Positions 10,092 to 19,433 are shown, counted from the stretch's first letter. The stretch is 64,000 bases of DNA from Alphaproteobacteria bacterium (GCA_033345275.1 JAWPOF010000007.1:100636-164635); one strand, 5' to 3'. Made by a program: numbers and translations. Notes: generated from the letters alone by a model not told the origin.

Positions 10092-11474
10092 ATGGCTTTA
10101 ATTTCTTTGTCAAAGTGTATCTTTGGATATAACGATAATAATTTATTGGATGCCGTTTCAATTGTTTTTAGTGACAATGAACACGTGGCAATTATTGGTG
10201 ATAACGGGTGTGGAAAGACAACGCTTTTGCGGTTGTTAACCGGGGAATTATTGCCCGATTCCGGCACCATTAACAAAGATGCCAGTATTTATATACTAAA
10301 TCAAATAAATGTATCGGATTCTAAAAGCGGCGGTGAACAACAAATGTTTGCATTAATGCGTGCTTTTGAATCAAATGCAGATATTTTATTATTGGACGAA
10401 CCGACTAATAATCTAGATGCGGATGCAAAACAAATATTCTTTAATCGTCTGAACGCATATCCAAATGGTGTTGTGATTGTTTCGCACGACCGGGAATTGT
10501 TGCAGAGTGTGGATAAAATAATTGAATTACATAATGGACAGTTGACGGTTTATGGGGGTAATTATGATTTTTATTTGGCGCAAAAGCAAATTGAAACCGA
10601 CAGCATTCATTCAAAATACAACAATGCACAGAAAACGATTGCGCGATTAAATAATACACTGAATATCGCCCAAAATACACGGCAGCATCATGAATTCAAA
10701 CAACAAAAAGAAATCAATAATTCGCGTCGCAGCAGATTGGCAGCAAATGCACTGCGTGGCAAAAGCCAAGAAACCGAGGCTAAAAAGCGTGCAATCATTC
10801 AAAAGAAATTAGACGAACAAATGGCGTTGCGCCAATCGCTGTCTGAACAAATGCGAAATGAAACGATTAAAATACCGGTACCAAATAAACCATTTTATGG
10901 CAAAGAACAGATAAATATATCTGGCTTGTGTTATTCGTATGGTGATAAAATTATATTCCAAGATTTTGATTTCGCAATGTATGGAAAATCAAGGATAAGA
11001 TTGGTTGGTAAAAATGGTTCTGGAAAATCTACATTGTTAAAAATTATTTGTGGCGAACTAAAACCAAATTTGGGAACAGTTAAAACTTATGGTAAGATAT
11101 CATATGTAAATCAAGATTTGTCCATTTTAGACCAAGACAAAACCATAGTTGAAAATATTATGGATATATCTGGATGCTTGAAACACGATGCGCATGCGAT
11201 TGCGGCGAACTTTGGATTTCGTGGGAATGCCGCGCAACAACTGGTCGGAACATTATCAGGCGGTGAACTTTTAAAGGCAACCTTGGCAGCAATTTTGGGT
11301 GGTGACAATCAACCAGATTTATTGATTCTGGACGAACCAACAAACAACCTGGAAATCAAAAGCATCGGCATATTGGAAGACGCCTTGAATCAATATACTG
11401 GCGCGATATTGCTTGTTTCTCATGATGAAATGTTTGTGAAAAATGTAAATATAGATACAGAGTTATATATTTAA
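10092..11474 (+). CDS. ABC-F-type ATPase (two nucleotide-binding domains, no TM domain); first NBD compressed/degenerate
   Basis: Two Walker A motifs (GDNGCGKTT, GKNGSGKST), two signature motifs (SGGEQQ, LSGGELL), two Walker B motifs (LLLDEP, LILDEP), coiled linker between. Confidence 0.6.
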   Translation: MALISLSKCIFGYNDNNLLDAVSIVFSDNEHVAIIGDNGCGKTTLLRLLTGELLPDSGTINKDASIYILNQINVSDSKSGGEQQMFALMRAFESNADILLLDEPTNNLDADAKQIFFNRLNAYPNGVVIVSHDRELLQSVDKIIELHNGQLTVYGGNYDFYLAQKQIETDSIHSKYNNAQKTIARLNNTLNIAQNTRQHHEFKQQKEINNSRRSRLAANALRGKSQETEAKKRAIIQKKLDEQMALRQSLSEQMRNETIKIPVPNKPFYGKEQINISGLCYSYGDKIIFQDFDFAMYGKSRIRLVGKNGSGKSTLLKIICGELKPNLGTVKTYGKISYVNQDLSILDQDKTIVENIMDISGCLKHDAHAIAANFGFRGNAAQQLVGTLSGGELLKATLAAILGGDNQPDLLILDEPTNNLEIKSIGILEDALNQYTGAILLVSHDEMFVKNVNIDTELYI

Positions 11475-11477
11475 TTT

Positions 11478-11570
11478 CGAAAAAGTTTGTAAATGTTCAA
11501 TTCACGAACTGATTTTATTCGTGATTTGTTGCGGTTCGGGAAAGATATAAAAACATTTTTGCAAATTTTG
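11478..11570 (+). repeat. intergenic repeat family, copy a (partial: IR-like element + conserved 'gatttgttgcggttcgggaaaga' block)
   Basis: Shares ttcacgaactgattttattcgtgatttgttgcggttcgggaaagatataaaaacatttttg with the copies at 12.3, 13.1, 14.3, 15.7 and 16.45 kb. Confidence 0.6.
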
Positions 11571-11606
11571 TGATATAATTATTTTTGAACGATAAAAAGG
11601 TAAAAA

Positions 11607-12302
11607 ATGAAAAAAGTTATTATAATCGCAATCGTTGCAATTTTTGGAACAATTGGATATTTTCTTATATCTTCAAACAGACATCACCAAAACTTAACCG
11701 ACCAACAAATTATTGAACGATTAGACACGGTTTTAAAACGAGTAGATGATTTCTTTGTTTCTGCTGATATTGTTCCAGAAAATTACAAACAAATGAAAAT
11801 ACAAGAAAATAGTAATGATGAATTTTTCTATCGCAACTTATGGTTGCGAGATGCAGCACATCAAATAAAGCCAAATCAAAATATGTTTTCTTTTTCTGCT
11901 GACGAAATAGATAAATATAAAATTCCGTCATATGTGGTCGGTTGTTCCGGTCGTGCTAATTTGTTTGCCAAATATGCAAAAGAAGCAGGTATAAAAGATC
12001 TTTATATTGTCGTCAGTGTCTATACACCCGATATTGGCAAACAACATATGAACGGACATCAGATTGTAGCAGTAAAAATGTCTAATGGTTTGCAATTGTT
12101 GGACCCTGCAAATGGTGCATATAATTTTAATCGTGCCAAAATAAATGGAAAATGTGAATTAAACGAAATGATTGATGCAACACACCAAGGCACAAAAGAA
12201 TACCAAATTGCCGCCATTATGACACAGGAAGAACATGAAAAATTAACTTCTGTTGAAAAACTTATGGAAGTTTATAACCGTGTTTCAAAAACATCAAAAT
12301 AA
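11607..12302 (+). CDS. membrane-anchored transglutaminase-like cysteine protease-like protein
   Basis: N-terminal TM; putative Cys-His-Asp triad (GCSGRANLFA...NGHQIV...LLDPANG). Confidence 0.4.
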   Translation: MKKVIIIAIVAIFGTIGYFLISSNRHHQNLTDQQIIERLDTVLKRVDDFFVSADIVPENYKQMKIQENSNDEFFYRNLWLRDAAHQIKPNQNMFSFSADEIDKYKIPSYVVGCSGRANLFAKYAKEAGIKDLYIVVSVYTPDIGKQHMNGHQIVAVKMSNGLQLLDPANGAYNFNRAKINGKCELNEMIDATHQGTKEYQIAAIMTQEEHEKLTSVEKLMEVYNRVSKTSK

Positions 12303-12417
12303 ACACCCAAACGGGTGTTTTTGATTTTTGGCAGGGCAACTCGCGCAATTCACGAGTTGATACTATGCGCGATTTGTGCGGCTCGGGAAAGAAGTTAAAG
12401 AATTTTTTGGATGTCCA
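12303..12417 (+). repeat. intergenic repeat family, copy b (terminator hairpin + 'ttggcagggcaactcgcgcaattcacgag' + conserved block)
   Basis: acacccaaacgggtgtttttgatttttggcagggcaactcgcgcaattcacgagttg...gatttgtgcggctcgggaaagaagttaaag. Confidence 0.65.
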
Positions 12418-12942
12418 TTATAACTTCTTTGACATATAGATTGCGGCTTCATCGTCGTTTTTCAAGTCGGCATACGGGTCAAGGTTTTTTCCATTCCACC
12501 ATAAACCTGTTCCGTCTGGAATAAAACCTCGCTTGATGTACAATCTTTGTGCAGAACCATAATTACGATTTATGCCAACCCCCAAATAAACCGTATCTGA
12601 ATATCTATGTGCTATATCTTCTGCCACTTGCATTAAAGCATTACCAATACCGCGTCTTCTGTATTTTGCAAGCACCCCAAAATCAACCAATTCAGGTAAT
12701 CCTTTACCGCCAAAAGAGCCGCCCATTGAATTTGGATACACATTGAAATACCCAGCGACATTACCCTTGTATTCCGCAACCAATGATACGCATTTTCCGT
12801 CGGCAACATCTTTTAATCGGCGTGTATATTTTTCAACTTTTTGGTCTGTCCAGCCTTGCAAATGTTCTTCATGGGTAATTATCTCCGGGTCTGTTTCAAC
12901 CATATCCCTTATAACTATATCGTTCACATTATAATAAATCAT
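12418..12942 (-). CDS. GNAT-family N-acetyltransferase
   Basis: RRRGIGNALM acetyl-CoA-binding motif. The listed 268-aa ORF is trimmed to the internal Met (MIYYNV...) because its upstream 94 codons are read-through of repeat copy c. Confidence 0.6.
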   Translation of the reverse strand: MIYYNVNDIVIRDMVETDPEIITHEEHLQGWTDQKVEKYTRRLKDVADGKCVSLVAEYKGNVAGYFNVYPNSMGGSFGGKGLPELVDFGVLAKYRRRGIGNALMQVAEDIAHRYSDTVYLGVGINRNYGSAQRLYIKRGFIPDGTGLWWNGKNLDPYADLKNDDEAAIYMSKKL

Positions 12943-13039
12943 TTTTGTGCCTCTATTATAGAATCTGTGCAAATTATATATCAATATACAAAAATTATCA
13001 ATAAGAACACCCGAAAAAGTTCGTAAATTGGCGAAACAT

Positions 13040-13215
13040 GCTGTATTTTCATCGCTCAACTTACGAACTCGCAAAACGATTGAAAATCTAATAAAAAAAC
13101 ACCCAAAGGTGGTTTTGATTTTTTGGCAGGGCAACTCGCGCAATTCACGAGCTGATTTTATGCGCGATTTGTTGCAGTTTGGGAAAGAAATTAAGGTGTT
13201 TTTGAATACATGTGT
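13040..13215 (+). repeat. intergenic repeat family, copy c (IR element gttcgtaaat..cttacgaac + terminator + ttggcagggcaactcgcgcaattcacgag + conserved block)
   Basis: Near-identical to copy b over the ttggcagggcaactcgcgcaattcacgag..gatttgttgcagtttgggaaagaaattaaggtgttttt portion. Confidence 0.65.
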
Positions 13216-13330
13216 GGATATCAAAGTGACTTAAAATACATTGACTTTAGGTATTATTATGATAGCATATTTTGTGTAAAAAAACATTTTTTAGTGAGCA
13301 GAGAGTGTAAAAAACAAAAAGGCAAAAACA

Positions 13331-13945
13331 ATGCAATTACAATCATCTGTTCATTTTGAGATTTTTTCCGAGCTGTTTTATTTAAAAAATATATCCGACC
13401 AGACTGGATACAAGCAGCTGTTGACATCATCGTCACGCAGAGATTCGATAGCTGCACAATCAAGGGACGGTACAATAAAACAAACTCAGGAACTAGCAGA
13501 ATCTGTCCGCGATTTCTGTTCGTGTATTGCGACAAGTGCCAAAAATCCCTTTTACCTGGACAAACTGACATACTTAGTTCAATTGTATCGCAAGGTTAGA
13601 ATTGCCGATACTGATGACAAAGAGTATTTTCAATATCATGATTTTAATGGTGACAAATTTGAATTTATACTGGCCACAAATGATAAATTGATATACCCAC
13701 GCGATATTAAAAGTGCTTTGCGTGTCCCATTTTATTTTAGCAGCATTATAAGCGATAAAGAATTAAAGTCGGATACCCCAGTATATATAGAAAAATATGA
13801 CACACATAATGCCGTTGTGCGACCATTGACAATGCAAGATAGGGTCGTTGATAAAAATTTGAACCAAATTTGGCCACTGGACACAAGAGAAACTCTAGCG
13901 GGGTTAAAGAAATTGCTAGAACAAACAACCGAAAATGTCCGGTAA
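13331..13945 (+). CDS. hypothetical protein (204 aa)
   Basis: ORF in repeat-delimited module; no family recognised. Confidence 0.4.
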   Translation: MQLQSSVHFEIFSELFYLKNISDQTGYKQLLTSSSRRDSIAAQSRDGTIKQTQELAESVRDFCSCIATSAKNPFYLDKLTYLVQLYRKVRIADTDDKEYFQYHDFNGDKFEFILATNDKLIYPRDIKSALRVPFYFSSIISDKELKSDTPVYIEKYDTHNAVVRPLTMQDRVVDKNLNQIWPLDTRETLAGLKKLLEQTTENVR

Positions 13946-13954
13946 ATTTTGACA

Positions 13955-14110
13955 TTTTTGTTCTAAAAAGTTCGAGAATTTATAAAATGGGTACAGTTTT
14001 GCGCGTCATATTTTCGAACTTGCACAAGTATTGGAAATCCAACAAAAAACCGCAAAAATGCGGTTTTATCAATCTTGGCAGCCCCAACATCGCTCCTCGA
14101 TACGCAATAA
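13955..14110 (+). repeat. module boundary: IR element + terminator + tRNA-Glu 3'-end pseudo-copy (ttggcagccccaac at 14075-14088)
   Basis: aaaaccgcaaaaatgcggtttt hairpin followed by the 13-14 nt that match the 3' end of tRNA-Glu at 17095. Confidence 0.65.
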
Positions 14111-14149
14111 ACAAAATCAAAAAATCTCCCTTGGTCGATTTTTTAAGAT

Positions 14150-14405
14150 TTTTCTAATTGTATATTCTCGTATTCGCCATGCGTGCCTGTGGGCGTTGCC
14201 CACGAAAACTGCGTTTTCATATGGTGCGTACGCACCAATATCGGCACTCTGACCGATCCGGTTGGGACTGCTTTTACAAAAATAAAAACCACCCAAAGGT
14301 GGATTTGATTTTTGGCAGGGCCATCTGTGCAATTCACGAGTTGATTTTATTTACGATTTATTACAGTTCGGGAAAGAAATTAAGATTTTTTTGAATAAAT
14401 ACTAT
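14150..14405 (+). repeat. intergenic repeat family, copy d (structured element + terminator + ttggcagggccatctgtgcaattcacgag + conserved block)
   Basis: Paralogous to 15510-15770; shares ctctgaccgatccggtYgggactgc and ttggcagggccatctgtgcaattcacga. Confidence 0.6.
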
Positions 14406-14448
14406 CATATCTGAACTATGTTATGCAAATTATTGACGTTTATATATT

Positions 14449-15324
14449 TTGTATTATATTATAAACGACAATAAGAGAAAAAACAAATTGGCAATTCAAA
14501 TAGATTTTGACCGAGCCTTGCATGATATGGAATGTCATGATTCAACAACACGGGTAACCTTTGGGCCGTATTCGCCGACATATCTTATCGCAACAGATGA
14601 AGATGCAAACCAAGATATCAACCGTTATATGTATAACGGAAAAGATAAAAAATACTGCGAAAAAGTTCTGACCGTATCGGCATCTGGCGACCATCCATTA
14701 TTTTGTAAAATGTATGGTGCTAAACAAATTACTACTTTTGATATAACATATGCCTCCAAAATAATTATGGATATTAAAACACTGGCTATAAAAACGCTTA
14801 CTTTTGACAGCTATTGGCAATTATTAAAAGATTTATGGAACAATCCGAACATTACATCTGTGTCAAATTTTGAGAGTATTATGCAAAACTTAGGTTCAAA
14901 CGAACAAAAATATATTCATACAATGGATAGAAAATTCGCATTATTTAACTTTGGAACACCGCCAGGTTATTATCATGTTTCGGATACAAATAACCAAAAA
15001 TCACTTTACGAAGGATTACATCTGGTTGATTTGCCAACATTTCCTTTTATTTGGACTGATATTGAACACCTGAACGCAAAATTGGGTGATAATACATATG
15101 ATTTTATACATTTATCCAATATCTTAGATTTTGTAAATGATGACATCAAAGTATCTGTTTTAAAACAATTGACGCAAAGATTGAATTATGGTGGTCGTAT
15201 ATTAATGCGCAGAATAAATGGCAATTATCAATTGGTCGACATATGTCAAAACATAGAAAAACAATCAGATGATTTAGCTTTTATCAATCGTTGGGAACAA
15301 ATGATTTTATTAAAATGCAGATAA
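14449..15324 (+). CDS. hypothetical protein, possible class I SAM-dependent methyltransferase fold
   Basis: VLTVSASGD (motif I-like), acidic residue after the next beta strand (TFDITYA), YDFIHLSNIL, YGGRILM. Confidence 0.4.
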   Translation: MYYIINDNKRKNKLAIQIDFDRALHDMECHDSTTRVTFGPYSPTYLIATDEDANQDINRYMYNGKDKKYCEKVLTVSASGDHPLFCKMYGAKQITTFDITYASKIIMDIKTLAIKTLTFDSYWQLLKDLWNNPNITSVSNFESIMQNLGSNEQKYIHTMDRKFALFNFGTPPGYYHVSDTNNQKSLYEGLHLVDLPTFPFIWTDIEHLNAKLGDNTYDFIHLSNILDFVNDDIKVSVLKQLTQRLNYGGRILMRRINGNYQLVDICQNIEKQSDDLAFINRWEQMILLKCR

Positions 15325-15334
15325 TCAAAACAAT

Positions 15335-15480
15335 TTAATAGTTCGTAAATGTGCAAAACGGGGCATGTTTTTACTACCTAATTTACGAACTTGTGAAAGT
15401 ATTAGAAAACAAAGAAAAAACCGACCGTTGCGGTCGGTTTGAATTTTTGGCAGCCCCAACTTCGCGCCTTGACAACCAAT
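15335..15480 (+). repeat. module boundary: IR element + terminator + tRNA-Glu 3'-end pseudo-copy (tggcagccccaac at 15448-15460)
   Basis: gttcgtaaatgtgcaaaacggggcatgtttttactacctaatttacgaac IR, ccgaccgttgcggtcgg hairpin, then tttggcagccccaac. Confidence 0.65.
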
Positions 15481-15509
15481 AATCAAACCCAGACACAAAA
15501 ACTCTATTG

Positions 15510-15770
15510 AGCATATCCGTTTTTGCAGGTTTGCTAATTGTTTGTCTGCGTATTGGTCATGCGCGCCATCTGTCACGTACACTTCGTTTACGTGTGGCAC
15601 ATAAATGTGCCTGGGCGCTCTGACCGATCCGGTCGGGACTGCTGATTCAAAATAAAAAGACCACCGAAATGGTGGTCGTTTTATTTTGGCAGGGCCATCT
15701 GTGCAATTCACGAACAAGGTTTATTCATGATTTGTTGATGTTTGGGAAAGATATTAAGGTGTTTTTGATG
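15510..15770 (+). repeat. intergenic repeat family, copy e
   Basis: See copy d. Confidence 0.6.
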
Positions 15771-15828
15771 TACTTATTGAAATAATCATGGTATATTGCG
15801 GTATAATGAATAACAAAAAGAGCACGCT

Positions 15829-16431
15829 ATGCATTATTTAATAGATTTGGATAATACTTTATTAACAACTTTCTTTTTTGATAAAGATAACAACGTAAAC
15901 TTCTATTGGTCACAGAATTTTAAAAACGATTTTGGACAATCCCCAAGAATTTTAAAAGATTTATTTTGTGAACCATTTTTTACTATGTTGTCAACCAATG
16001 ATGATTTACGGTCATACGTTAATACTTTCTTGCAAAAACATAATTTAAAAATAACAGCGGAAGAATTTTTGGAATATTGGTTGTCCCGAGATTCGCGAAT
16101 CAATCCAGATGTTTTAGATTGGATCCGCAAACATCATAATCCAGAAAACCATTTTCATATTGCTTCTAACCAAACAAATGTTCGTATGAACTACATTTGG
16201 GAACACAGACCTGAATTACACGAGTTTTTTGAAAATATTTTTATATCTGCCAACATCGGAACATCAAAACCAGACCCTGTGTTTTTTATAAAAATACAAC
16301 AAAAACTGAAAGTCCCCTTTTCTGAAATTTGTTTGATAGATGATGACCCTAAAAACACACAATCTGCGAAAACTTTAGGCATGCAAACCGTATTGTTTAA
16401 TTCAACGAACGACTTGCCTGAGTGTTTATAA
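15829..16431 (+). CDS. HAD-superfamily hydrolase
   Basis: N-terminal DLDNTLL (DxDxT) motif, C-terminal DDDPKN. Confidence 0.6.
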   Translation: MHYLIDLDNTLLTTFFFDKDNNVNFYWSQNFKNDFGQSPRILKDLFCEPFFTMLSTNDDLRSYVNTFLQKHNLKITAEEFLEYWLSRDSRINPDVLDWIRKHHNPENHFHIASNQTNVRMNYIWEHRPELHEFFENIFISANIGTSKPDPVFFIKIQQKLKVPFSEICLIDDDPKNTQSAKTLGMQTVLFNSTNDLPECL

Positions 16432-16439
16432 ATATTGCA

Positions 16440-16495
16440 ACAAATAGATTTTATTGTTGTTCGGGAAAGATGTTAAAGTGTTTTTGAAAAATTTA
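16440..16495 (+). repeat. intergenic repeat family, copy f (short: gttgttcgggaaagatgttaaagtgtttttga) followed by extended -10 tgatataat
   Basis: Conserved block directly upstream of the 16529 gene; tgatataat lies 30 nt upstream of a good RBS. Confidence 0.5.
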
Positions 16496-16528
16496 TGATA
16501 TAATGATACTATAACCAAGGAGTAAAAA

Positions 16529-16921
16529 ATGAAAAAATTATCTTTGTTAATTTTGCCAATAGCAGCCATGTTACTTACAGCATGTGAAAAAAAAGAAGAT
16601 ACAAAAAAGATAGAACGTTGTATCGACCAAATTGGTGAAAAGGTCGAATATGATGGTGAAAAACTATACGTATTCAGCACTTTAAATGTACATTCGAAAG
16701 ATGGTCAATCCGTCAAAATGTATTCAAATCATCGTGTAGAAATTCCCGCAGAAGAAGCCATTAAAATTTCAAAGAATTGGGATTTGAATAACATAAAGTT
16801 ATATACAAATACCGATAAAAAATTGCAAGAACACGAAAAAGATGCCTGTGAAACTTTATATAACTTGAATCTGTATATATCTTCGCATGATTTAGACATT
16901 GTTCATGAATATGAAAAATAA
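16529..16921 (+). CDS. lipoprotein (130 aa)
   Basis: Signal peptide with lipobox LLTAC. Confidence 0.5.
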   Translation: MKKLSLLILPIAAMLLTACEKKEDTKKIERCIDQIGEKVEYDGEKLYVFSTLNVHSKDGQSVKMYSNHRVEIPAEEAIKISKNWDLNNIKLYTNTDKKLQEHEKDACETLYNLNLYISSHDLDIVHEYEK

Positions 16922-16974
16922 TAAAAACATACACTATGAATATGGACAAAGAAAAAGGTTAGATTTCTAACCTT

Positions 16975-17094
16975 TTCTTTTCTAAAAGTTCGTAAATTGT
17001 CAAAACGGTGGGCGTTTTTGCCACCCGACTTACGAACCACAGAAAAGCAAAGAAAATAAATAAAAAAACCGCAAAAATGCGGTTTTATCTATTT
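16975..17094 (+). repeat. IR element + terminator immediately downstream of tRNA-Glu 3' end
   Basis: gttcgtaaattgtcaaaacggtgggcgtttttgccacccgacttacgaac nested hairpin, then aaaccgcaaaaatgcggtttt. Confidence 0.6.
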
Positions 17095-17170
17095 TGGCAG
17101 CCCCAACCGGATTCGAACCGGTGTTCTCGCCTTGAAAGGGCGGTGTCCTAGGCCTCTAGACGATGGGGCC
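17095..17170 (-). tRNA. tRNA-Glu (anticodon TTC)
   Basis: Reverse complement GGCCCCATCGTCTAGAGGCCTAGGACACCGCCCTTTCAAGGCGAGAACACCGGTTCGAATCCGGTTGGGGCTGCCA; anticodon loop CTTTCAA. Confidence 0.8.
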
Positions 17171-17247
17171 AAAACTGCCGTGTTCATATCGAACGCCGAC
17201 GAATTATACATTTTGTTTCGGCCCTTGTCAAGTGAATATGAACGAAT

Positions 17248-17688
17248 TTATTCAGCTGCTTCTTCGGTTGTTTCAGTCGTGGCTGTGTCGCCTGGCAGTT
17301 CTTCAACCTGAACAAAAACGATTTCTTTGCCATCTGTTGCGGTCAGTGTCAGTTTGCCATCTGCCAGTTCATATGTTTCGACCGTTGGCATAAACTCAAA
17401 ATATTCACGTTCTGTTTCCATAGCCTCGGCATCACCCATCATCATAGTGGACGCAAAGCCTTCGAATTTGATGTTGTCGCCGTCCGCGCTATAGCCACCA
17501 TTATAGCGATTTACAACCCCGCCATACACACGCATTTCAACCGGGTCAAAAGATAATGTGATATCAACCCCAGGCTGGGCCGATATAAAGTTTGCGCCTT
17601 TTAACATTTCTGGATTTTGGGTTGTGTTATCCCCACATGCCGTCAATGCCAATGCACATGCGCCAATTGCTAATAATTTGAATTTCAT
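17248..17688 (-). CDS. lipoprotein, HslJ-like (META domain)
   Basis: Lipobox LTACG; two repeats of a ~60-aa unit consistent with a META domain. Confidence 0.45.
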   Translation of the reverse strand: MKFKLLAIGACALALTACGDNTTQNPEMLKGANFISAQPGVDITLSFDPVEMRVYGGVVNRYNGGYSADGDNIKFEGFASTMMMGDAEAMETEREYFEFMPTVETYELADGKLTLTATDGKEIVFVQVEELPGDTATTETTEEAAE

Positions 17689-17775
17689 GTAAGTTTCTCC
17701 TTTTTTTGATATGTACTATATAAGTATAACAATCGTTACGTATTTGTAAATATTATTTTATTCATCTGGTTCAGA

Positions 17776-18534
17776 TTAAAAATTTATCTTTGGATACAGG
17801 CTTTTTACATTTGTTTCTAAAATTCTTTCCAGTTCATCCAACGATACGCCCTTGACCTGGGCCAGGACACGCGCCGTTTCAATAACCATCGCTGGTTCAC
17901 AGACTTTGCCACGATATGGCACAGGCGCACAGTATGGTGCATCTGTTTCGATAACAATTCTGTCCAATGGAATCTTGGTAAAAGTTTCACGAATTTCGCC
18001 CGCATTTTTGAATGTTAAAATACCGCTTGCAGAAAACATAAACCCCCGGTCCAGCATTTTTTTTGCCAAATCCCATGAGCTTGTGAAACAATGTATAACG
18101 CCGCCCACATCTCCTGTCAGTATGGCGGTGGTGTCGTCCTCGGCTTCGCGCGTGTGAATTGCCACGGGCAGGGCATATTTTTTTGCAATATCTAACTGCT
18201 GTTCAAACAATTTAATTTGTTGCGCGCGCGTGTCAGCCCCATAATGATAATCCAAGCCAATTTCGCCAATTCCAACAACCCGTGAATTTGTTAACACGGA
18301 TTCTGTCAAAAGCTGTTTTGCGTCCACAGGCGCACATTCTGGATGGATTCCAATTGTGCAGAATATATTTTTATGCGCATCTGCCAACTTTAACGCTGCG
18401 GGAATATCGGCTGGGTCTGCGGTTGGGCAAATCATGACACCGACGCCGGCATCCACAGCGCGATTAATTATTTCATTATTATCAACGCCATCACAGTATC
18501 CATCAGTCAGGTGGCAATGTGTGTCTATAAACAT
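17776..18534 (-). CDS. tatD: TatD-family metal-dependent DNase/hydrolase
   Basis: MFIDTHCHL N-terminus, HxH and Asp metal ligands spaced as in TatD. Confidence 0.8.
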   Translation of the reverse strand: MFIDTHCHLTDGYCDGVDNNEIINRAVDAGVGVMICPTADPADIPAALKLADAHKNIFCTIGIHPECAPVDAKQLLTESVLTNSRVVGIGEIGLDYHYGADTRAQQIKLFEQQLDIAKKYALPVAIHTREAEDDTTAILTGDVGGVIHCFTSSWDLAKKMLDRGFMFSASGILTFKNAGEIRETFTKIPLDRIVIETDAPYCAPVPYRGKVCEPAMVIETARVLAQVKGVSLDELERILETNVKSLYPKINF

Positions 18535-19430
18535 TTTTTTATTTCCATTATAATTTTAAATATAGCTGTCTCTGGTTCCAGATACACATTCTTTATATCC
18601 GCAATCGCGCGTGTTGCATTTGGATACAAATCCGCCAGCCCAAAATACGCAATCGAATCCAATAAAATTCCGTACAGTTCAGGGTGTGGCGCGATTTTGC
18701 GCGCTAATGCCATAATATCCGAACTGCTGCTGTGTTTGTTTCCAAGCTTTTCGATAAGTTCTGCATAAATAACATCCCCACCAGACTTTTTCAAATTTGC
18801 GATTTTTCCAAAACTGCCGTTTGCTAATCGCAATGTCTCGGTGTTAATTTCGTCTTCGGGCATAAACTTTACGCACAGTTCCCGCAACTGAGCAATCGTC
18901 AACGGTCGCATTTTTTCCACACGTGCGCGTGAACGCACCGTTGGCAATACATTAGACAATTGATGAACGACTAATAAAAATAATGTTTTTGCAGGCGGTT
19001 CTTCCAGTAATTTCAGGATAGCATTTGATGCAAATGTATTCAATTGATCGACCGAGTCAATCAGAATCACCCTCCAATCCCCAGACATAGACGACATCTG
19101 CATTTTATCAATCATCGCGCGCACGGTGTACACAGAAATCACTTTGCCATCTGTTTTAAGATTGCCTTGCTTGTCAATGTTTCTGTCTATATCCACAATA
19201 AAGAAATCACCGACATTCCCATATACCATTTTGGCGATTTTATAAGCCAAAGTTGCCTTACCAATTCCCATCGGCCCAGTCAATATCCACACGGGATGCA
19301 CTGGATGCAAGTCTCGCTGATTCCAAGCATTCATAAAATTACGCCATGTATCAGCATGACCAACTAAATGTTCGTTATCCATCGGGTGTGGAAAATTATA
19401 TTCGTTCAAAGCCTTTTTACGCGGTGCCAT
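18525..19430 (-). CDS. holB: DNA polymerase III delta-prime subunit
   Basis: Degenerate AAA+ P-loop GPMGIGKATLAYKIA, SRC-like motif; overlaps tatD by 10 nt (operon). Confidence 0.7.
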   Translation of the reverse strand: MAPRKKALNEYNFPHPMDNEHLVGHADTWRNFMNAWNQRDLHPVHPVWILTGPMGIGKATLAYKIAKMVYGNVGDFFIVDIDRNIDKQGNLKTDGKVISVYTVRAMIDKMQMSSMSGDWRVILIDSVDQLNTFASNAILKLLEEPPAKTLFLLVVHQLSNVLPTVRSRARVEKMRPLTIAQLRELCVKFMPEDEINTETLRLANGSFGKIANLKKSGGDVIYAELIEKLGNKHSSSSDIMALARKIAPHPELYGILLDSIAYFGLADLYPNATRAIADIKNVYLEPETAIFKIIMEIKKCL

Positions 19431-19433
19431 ACT

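Noticed and set aside
12943-13224. The 5' 94 codons of the listed 268-aa minus-strand ORF (12418-13224)
   Set aside because: This stretch is a translation of intergenic repeat copy c, running across its terminator and IR element. The GNAT domain starts at the internal Met (12942).
14117-14337. Minus-strand ORFs 14117-14332, 14143-14337 and 15325-15717 sharing NCTDGPAK..AVPTGSVR
   Set aside because: The shared residues are exactly the translation of the nucleotide repeat cores (ttggcagggccatctgtgcaattcacga and ctctgaccgatccggtYgggactgc). The sequence between them is not conserved at the protein level, so this is a repeat artefact and not a gene family.
11478-17170. Integron cassette array (attC sites) interpretation of the repeat-separated single-gene modules
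   Set aside because: The inverted-repeat elements begin GTTCGTAA and end TTACGAAC rather than the RYYYAAC/GTTRRRY attC core pair. No intI gene or attI is present, and the units carry their own terminators and tRNA 3'-end fragments. The tRNA-linked modular insertion model fits better.
11478-17170. CRISPR array
   Set aside because: The repeats are 100-250 bp and irregularly spaced, and entire genes lie between them. No short 25-40 bp direct repeats with unique spacers occur anywhere in the window.
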